64,000 nucleotides of DNA from Crocinitomicaceae bacterium. GTDB lineage: Bacteria; Bacteroidota; Bacteroidia; Flavobacteriales_D; Crocinitomicaceae. Of this stretch, positions 61,068-64,000 are shown piece by piece. The notes beneath the pieces were generated by a model. The model searched no databases. It was not told the DNA's origin and was given only the letters and a program-made list of their open reading frames with translations. Location of the stretch: NCBI GenBank assembly GCA_041751955.1, contig JBGSIB010000050.1, positions 59,598-123,597 of the forward strand, written 5' to 3'. The position numbers were made by a program, and so were the translations under genes. Numbering within the stretch: the stretch's first letter is position 1; the number at the start of each line of letters is the position of its first letter.

Positions 61068-61946
61068 ATGTGGGAAATAATTTCTGAGGCATATAAAAAC
61101 TCCTTCAATTATCTTACGGCTATTGTTCTTCATCCATTGCGTGGCGGAACCATTAGTCCTTTCTATTTTTTGATTTTGGCTTCTCTATTCATTTGGGGAC
61201 TGGAAATTATTTGGCCTTGGCGGGAAAAACAAAAAATCATCCGTAAAGACTTTTGGCTGGATGCGTTTTACATGTTTTTCAATTACTTTATGTTTAACCT
61301 CATTATTTTTTCAGCGTTAAACAACACCACAGCATTTATTTTCTCTAATGGAATGGAAGCTATTGGTTTACCAAGTGGACATCTGATTGATTTTATGTCC
61401 GGCATGCCAACTTGGTCAAGAATACTCGTTTTCTTTTTGATTTATGACTTCATGCAATGGGGAGTGCACAACGCTCTACATCGTATTCCTTTTTTATGGC
61501 GTTTCCATAGGGTACATCATTCCGTTCAAGAAATGGGTTTTGCCGCACATTTACGTTACCATTTCATGGAAAATGTGGTGTATACGCTGGCTAAATTTAT
61601 TACGCTTTCGTATTTGCTAAACATTTCATTGCCTAACATTGGTTGGTTGTATGCCTTGACTACAATTATTGGACATCTCAATCACGCTAATTTCAAAATG
61701 CCATACGGACCGTTAAAATACATACTGAATTCACAACGTATGCACATTTGGCACCATGCCAAAAAATTACCTGATGAACATCCTCAAGGAATGAATTTCG
61801 CCATCAGTTTGAGTATCTGGGATTACCTATTCGGAACATATTACGAACCCTACGATGGAAGAGATATTGAACTAGGTTTTCAGGACGTAGAGAAGTTTCC
61901 AAAAGGTTTTATTGCTCAGCAAATAGAAGCATTCAGAAAAAGGTAA
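61068..61946 (+). CDS. sterol desaturase / fatty acid hydroxylase superfamily membrane protein
   Basis: His boxes HNALH, HRVHH and HIWHH. Confidence 0.75.
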   Translation: MWEIISEAYKNSFNYLTAIVLHPLRGGTISPFYFLILASLFIWGLEIIWPWREKQKIIRKDFWLDAFYMFFNYFMFNLIIFSALNNTTAFIFSNGMEAIGLPSGHLIDFMSGMPTWSRILVFFLIYDFMQWGVHNALHRIPFLWRFHRVHHSVQEMGFAAHLRYHFMENVVYTLAKFITLSYLLNISLPNIGWLYALTTIIGHLNHANFKMPYGPLKYILNSQRMHIWHHAKKLPDEHPQGMNFAISLSIWDYLFGTYYEPYDGRDIELGFQDVEKFPKGFIAQQIEAFRKR

Positions 61947-62070
61947 GCATACATTTTCAACAATGTATCTGCTCATTGTGAACAAGTTTCATCTATTTTT
62001 ACATCTATATTAGTCACAAGCTTGTTATATTTGAACTCCTCCTATCTTTACAACGTAAGTAATTACGTAA

Positions 62071-63042
62071 ATGAAAGAATTAGACAAACACATACAGAAA
62101 TCCAATTTTGTAAAAGTTTACTTGAGTGATGATGACGGTCATGGCTTGAAACATTTCGAGGGAGTGATTTTTAGCTACATAAACGATTTCGTTTTTATGT
62201 GCGATTTTTCTGATTTCAATCCTGACGGCTTCGTCGTCTTCCGCAAAAAAGATATCTCCGAGATTCGTCGAACAGATAATGAGAAGTTTTTCGACAAAAT
62301 AATCCGTGAAGAAAATCTGCTGCGTAATGTTCGCATTTTGAAAAGAGAAGCGCCTTTTCGCCTTGGAACTTTTGAAAATATGTTTTCGCAACTCAAAGAA
62401 ATTGGTATTCCTGTTATCATTGAATGTCTATATGAAGAGGAAGAGGTTTTTCAGTTGGGAACCGTTAATCAATGCGATGAAGACGGTTTAACACTTCAAT
62501 ATTTAAGTTCATTTGGTGTGTTTGATCACGAACCAATGCAAGTGGATTATGACGACATTACTTTCTTCCGATTTGGTTCGCCGTATGCCAATCTATTTCT
62601 TAAACATGCTTCTAAGGATGCTGTTCTTGCAGAAATGAAAGTTGATATCGAGCCTAAGAAAAAATTAAAGAAAATCAAACGAGAAGAAGAATCTGAGTTT
62701 GAATATGATGAACCTATTGTTCTGAAAAAAGTACATGCCAATAAAATGCCTATAGAATCGGTTGAATTTGCAAAGGTGAAAAAGTCCAAAGAAGAAATTG
62801 TTTCGAAAAAAGACAAAAAAGCCAAAAAGGACAAAAAATGGAAAAAAGAGAAAACATCGAGAAAGGATAATCAAAAAGAGATCATATCCCTTGAACCAAA
62901 AGATTCTAAGAAGGACAAAGCTCCTAAATTTCAAGTAGACTTTAATCAAAAAGATGATTTCAAAACCAACAAAAGAACGGATAGAAGAAAGAAATCAAAA
63001 CATGAAAAAATAGAAATTTCCATTACCTTACGATTCAATTAA
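62071..63042 (+). CDS. hypothetical protein with a ~200-aa globular N-domain and a lysine-rich (histone-H1-like) C-terminal tail
   Basis: Tail KKDKKAKKDKKWKKEKTSRKD...RRKKSKHEK. Confidence 0.5.
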   Translation: MKELDKHIQKSNFVKVYLSDDDGHGLKHFEGVIFSYINDFVFMCDFSDFNPDGFVVFRKKDISEIRRTDNEKFFDKIIREENLLRNVRILKREAPFRLGTFENMFSQLKEIGIPVIIECLYEEEEVFQLGTVNQCDEDGLTLQYLSSFGVFDHEPMQVDYDDITFFRFGSPYANLFLKHASKDAVLAEMKVDIEPKKKLKKIKREEESEFEYDEPIVLKKVHANKMPIESVEFAKVKKSKEEIVSKKDKKAKKDKKWKKEKTSRKDNQKEIISLEPKDSKKDKAPKFQVDFNQKDDFKTNKRTDRRKKSKHEKIEISITLRFN

Positions 63043-63063
63043 GATTAGTTTTTATTAAAATTC

Positions 63064-63471
63064 TTGCAGATGAAAAAGTGGTTAGTAGTTCTATGTATTT
63101 TATTCGCTTCCTACACTTACGCGGATCAATTGGCTTACATTTCCAAAGGTGATGCGGAAAAAGCAGTCCAAGTTATTTCAAAAATGAAAACGGTGTACTT
63201 GTTTTGTGGTTGCTGCTCTATGGCAGAACCGAGAGTAGTTGAACCAACAAAAGTTTATACACGTTTTACCAATTACGAGCAGTACTACGAGGTGGTCATA
63301 GAATATACGAACAGTGCAGGTAAAACAGTGACTGAAGCTCTTGATTTGGCTTATGTTTGGAATAAAAAACGGAAAAAATATACGACAATAGGAAAAATCC
63401 TCGGTCTTGAACATGACTTTTGTGTGCAGCCACAGAACTGGAATAAACCAGCTAGCAATAAGGAAGAATAA
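63064..63471 (+). CDS. hypothetical secreted protein
   Basis: Signal peptide MKKWLVVLCILFASYTYA. Confidence 0.5.
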   Translation: MQMKKWLVVLCILFASYTYADQLAYISKGDAEKAVQVISKMKTVYLFCGCCSMAEPRVVEPTKVYTRFTNYEQYYEVVIEYTNSAGKTVTEALDLAYVWNKKRKKYTTIGKILGLEHDFCVQPQNWNKPASNKEE

Positions 63472-63505
63472 ATCCCTTTTAGGAATTTTAAAGAACAGAA
63501 ATTAC

Positions 63506-64000
63506 TTACTGTTCCAATAGTTTTCGCATGGAAACTTTCTCGCGAATAATTCCATCCAAATCTGCAATTTTCACACGTATTTGTTCCATGGTATCTCTGT
63601 CACGGATGGTAACTGAATTGTCCTCCAAACTTTCGTGATCCACAGTTACGGAGAAAGGAGTTCCAATTGCATCCTGTCTTCTGTAACGCTTTCCAATAGA
63701 GTCCTTTTCGTCGTATTGACAGTTGAATTCAAATTTTAAATTGTCTATAATTTCTCTTGCTTTTTCAGGTAATCCGTCTTTTTTAGTCAAAGGCATAACG
63801 GCAACTTTATAAGGTGCCAAAGCGGGAGGAAGTTTCATCACAACTCTTTCTGAACCATCCTCAAGAACCTCTTTTTTCAAAGAAGAACTCAAAATAGCCA
63901 AGAACATTCTGTCCAAACCAATGGATGTTTCCACCACATAAGGAACGTAGTTTTGATTCAATTCGGGATCAAAGTATTGTAATTTTTTTCCTGAAAATTG
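63506..64000 (-). CDS. glyQS: glycine--tRNA ligase, C-terminal part (the gene continues beyond the window)
   Basis: Class II aaRS motif-3 region (VVETSIGLDRMFLAIL) followed by the anticodon-binding domain. The reading frame stays open to the window edge. Confidence 0.8.
   Translation of the reverse strand, partial: QFSGKKLQYFDPELNQNYVPYVVETSIGLDRMFLAILSSSLKKEVLEDGSERVVMKLPPALAPYKVAVMPLTKKDGLPEKAREIIDNLKFEFNCQYDEKDSIGKRYRRQDAIGTPFSVTVDHESLEDNSVTIRDRDTMEQIRVKIADLDGIIREKVSMRKLLEQ

Overview
This 64 kb window is low-GC and reads like a Bacteroidota (Flavobacteriia-type) chromosome. The evidence for that lineage is proteins with T9SS C-terminal sorting domains, a GLPGLI-family protein, a DUF3098–FtsX–UppP–TruB block and TAnnTTTG-type promoter motifs. 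Most of the window is housekeeping. Clearly recognisable genes are cysS, polA, era, der, fumC, pyrF, truB, uppP, ftsX, tonB, a partial glyQS, Mrp/ApbC plus two NifU-type Fe-S proteins, flotillin with a YqiJ-like partner, a prolyl oligopeptidase, a large alpha-2-macroglobulin-family protein and an initiator tRNA-Met. The features that stand out are these. (1) A complete dlt-like D-alanylation-type module: a DltA-like adenylase, an MBOAT, a DltD-like protein, a DltC-like carrier and a short DltX-like peptide. Its gene order (C-D-X-B-A) differs from the Firmicutes order (X-A-B-C-D), and the host is Gram-negative. (2) A 1538-aa surface protein made of about 13 tandem Ig-like modules. Two adjacent 288-bp units are near-identical. 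The protein is followed by a T9SS type-B substrate. (3) A tail-fibre/peptidase-S74-chaperone plus T9SS-tail gene interrupted by a single in-frame TAA stop. (4) An initiator tRNA locus flanked by decayed 5' and 3' partial copies of itself. (5) An RluA-type pseudouridine synthase with a ~330-aa N-terminal extension that carries a Cys/His cluster. (6) Several intergenic tandem repeats. No transposases, CRISPR arrays or integrases were seen.
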